Shown piece after piece: positions 62,722 to 64,000 of a stretch of DNA of 64,000 nucleotides. The notes beneath the pieces were generated by a model, which saw only the letters and a list, made by a program, of their open reading frames with translations, did not search any database and was not told where the DNA came from. Where the stretch lies: NCBI GenBank assembly GCA_031552845.1, contig JAVBMC010000028.1, positions 4,047 through 68,046 on the forward strand, given 5' to 3'. Source of the DNA: Kiritimatiellia bacterium (lineage in GTDB: Bacteria > Verrucomicrobiota > Kiritimatiellia > RFP12 > DVOR01). Within the stretch, counting starts at the first letter, position 1; each line of letters begins with the position of its first letter. A program made the translations under genes and the position numbers.

Positions 62722-63177
62722 ATGAGGAAAACTTTACGTGTTGTGCTGGCTCTGATGTTGATGTCCGCCTTGGTGCAGGCGGCTGAGGATATCTCCGGGG
62801 TTTGGAGAACGGTTGACGATGAAACTAACGAGCCGAAAAGCCTTGTTCAGATTTACAAGCACCAAGACAAATATTTTGGGCGCGTCATTAAGCTATTCAA
62901 AAATCCGGATGCCACAGCCAAGGACATCAAAGGCTCGCCAAAAATTCTAGGGCTGGATGTCATTTGGAATATGGCGGAGGATGGTAAGGAGTTCTCAGGC
63001 GGCAAGATATTGGACCCGAAAAAAGGCAAAATCTACAGCTGCGTCATCTGGAAGAAAGAAGACGGCAACCTCAATGTCCGTGGAAAAATCGGTCCCTTCG
63101 GGCGTAGCCAAACGTGGTTTCCCACCACAGAACCACCGTTGTCAGGCCTGACTCCGCAAATCCCAGAGAAGGAATGA
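62722..63177 (+). CDS. DUF2147-family secreted protein
   Basis: Signal peptide; I.G.W.T.DD, V.IY, G.ILDP..GK.Y.C, L.VRG.IG..GRSQTW. Confidence 0.88.
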   Translation: MRKTLRVVLALMLMSALVQAAEDISGVWRTVDDETNEPKSLVQIYKHQDKYFGRVIKLFKNPDATAKDIKGSPKILGLDVIWNMAEDGKEFSGGKILDPKKGKIYSCVIWKKEDGNLNVRGKIGPFGRSQTWFPTTEPPLSGLTPQIPEKE

Positions 63178-63280
63178 GGCGTCTGAATTCGTATGAGCTG
63201 TCATAGGGAGGCTCAAATGGAACGTTGGCTGGTGCGTCTTGCGGCAAATTAAGATTGCCGAACGCGCGCATCGGGTTTAG

Positions 63281-63325
63281 CCTCACTCTCCCCTCTACCA
63301 TTGGGAGAGGGGCAGGGGTGAGGGG
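63281..63325. repeat. REP-like palindrome (CCCTCACCCC..CCCTCTCCC type)
   Basis: CCTCACTCTCCCCTCT-accattggg-AGAGGGGCAGGGGTGAGG between convergent genes. Confidence 0.6.
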
Positions 63326-63366
63326 CCTGCGGAGCACGCTACTTCTCTCCCCCGGCTCCGCGTGGT

Positions 63367-64000
63367 TCACAGCTCAACAACGCCCTTACATTTCGGATAA
63401 TCCGAACACCCCCAAAATTGATGCCCGGCACGCTTACCGCTCTTCGCGGTACGCACAACCATCTCCTCCCCACACTTCGGGCACACAGGCACAACCCTCT
63501 GCGAAGGCTCCATCTCCGCCGTTTGCTTTTGCCGTTGACGCTCCACCAACCGTGCACCCGCCAGTTGCTCACTATAACCGCCATCCTCAACAAAAGCTTT
63601 TTCAAGTGCGACGATTTGCTTATCCAGCAGAAAGTTCGCCTGATGAATCAAACAAATCAACGCATTCGCCCGTATCACGGCATCAGCATCCTCCAGCCAT
63701 CTCGCATAAAGCTGCCACCGCTCCTGATCCGTCAAATCAGTCAGATCCGACTGACCATTTCTATTCTGCCGCGGAACATTCCGCACGGCTTCTGCCTCCA
63801 GGGAATCAACCGCCCACTGCGGCAAATGCCGTTGCCGCAGAAAATCCTCATAATCCAGCAACAACTCCTCAAGACTCGCCCGAGCCACATTCACAAGCCG
63901 CAACTCCGTTTGCGACGAAGTCGCCGCGGCACGGCTCCCCTCAGCAATATTTTGCCGACCCGAACGCGCTGCCTGCACCATCTGATCAACAGTACGGCTG
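63367..64000 (-). CDS. Four-helix-bundle protein with suffix domain and topoisomerase-type C4 zinc finger (5' end outside window)
   Basis: DQMVQAARSGRQNIAEGS, VARASLEELLLDYEDFLRQ, F..GGYSE.L, CPKCG..MV.R....G..FWGCS.YP.C. Confidence 0.9.
   Translation of the reverse strand, partial: SRTVDQMVQAARSGRQNIAEGSRAAATSSQTELRLVNVARASLEELLLDYEDFLRQRHLPQWAVDSLEAEAVRNVPRQNRNGQSDLTDLTDQERWQLYARWLEDADAVIRANALICLIHQANFLLDKQIVALEKAFVEDGGYSEQLAGARLVERQRQKQTAEMEPSQRVVPVCPKCGEEMVVRTAKSGKRAGHQFWGCSDYPKCKGVVEL

Noticed and set aside
63367-64000. Diversity-generating retroelement (Avd-like protein)
   Set aside because: No reverse transcriptase and no TR/VR pair with adenine-specific mismatches in the window; the protein fits the suffix-domain subfamily.

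Overview
A 64-kb chromosomal window, about 58% GC by eye, probably from a PVC-superphylum bacterium (Kiritimatiellota/Lentisphaerota-like, inferred from the RpoZ type, T2SS layout and surface-protein modules). Most genes are housekeeping: rplM-rpsI, a DEAD-box helicase, rpoZ-smpB-tatA-eboB-eboC, purA-uppS-cdsA-dxr, murI-larB-nif3, pgi, rpsB-tsf-tRNA-Arg, an acyl-CoA ligase and dnaE. It also holds a type II secretion operon (gspF-G-H-I-J-K-L-M-D, no ATPase), four Gfo/Idh/MocA oxidoreductases, a large C10 cysteine protease and an FHA/sigma54-activator-led MCE/ABC operon. The most unusual signal is not a gene. Six intergenic spacers carry degenerate tandem arrays with a 22- or 23-bp period (about two helical turns), each with its own, mostly palindromic, consensus. 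The + strand shows a sawtooth composition, flipping from C/A-rich to G/T-rich every 10-25 kb regardless of gene orientation, often at these arrays. The largest array (41.8-42.1 kb) is mirror-symmetric about the flip point. It is followed by a perfect TTGACA-17-TATAAT promoter and an orphan protein built from about 21 Trp-rich 25-aa repeats. No CRISPR array, prophage, integrase or transposase was seen. All calls come from reading the sequence; no searches were run.
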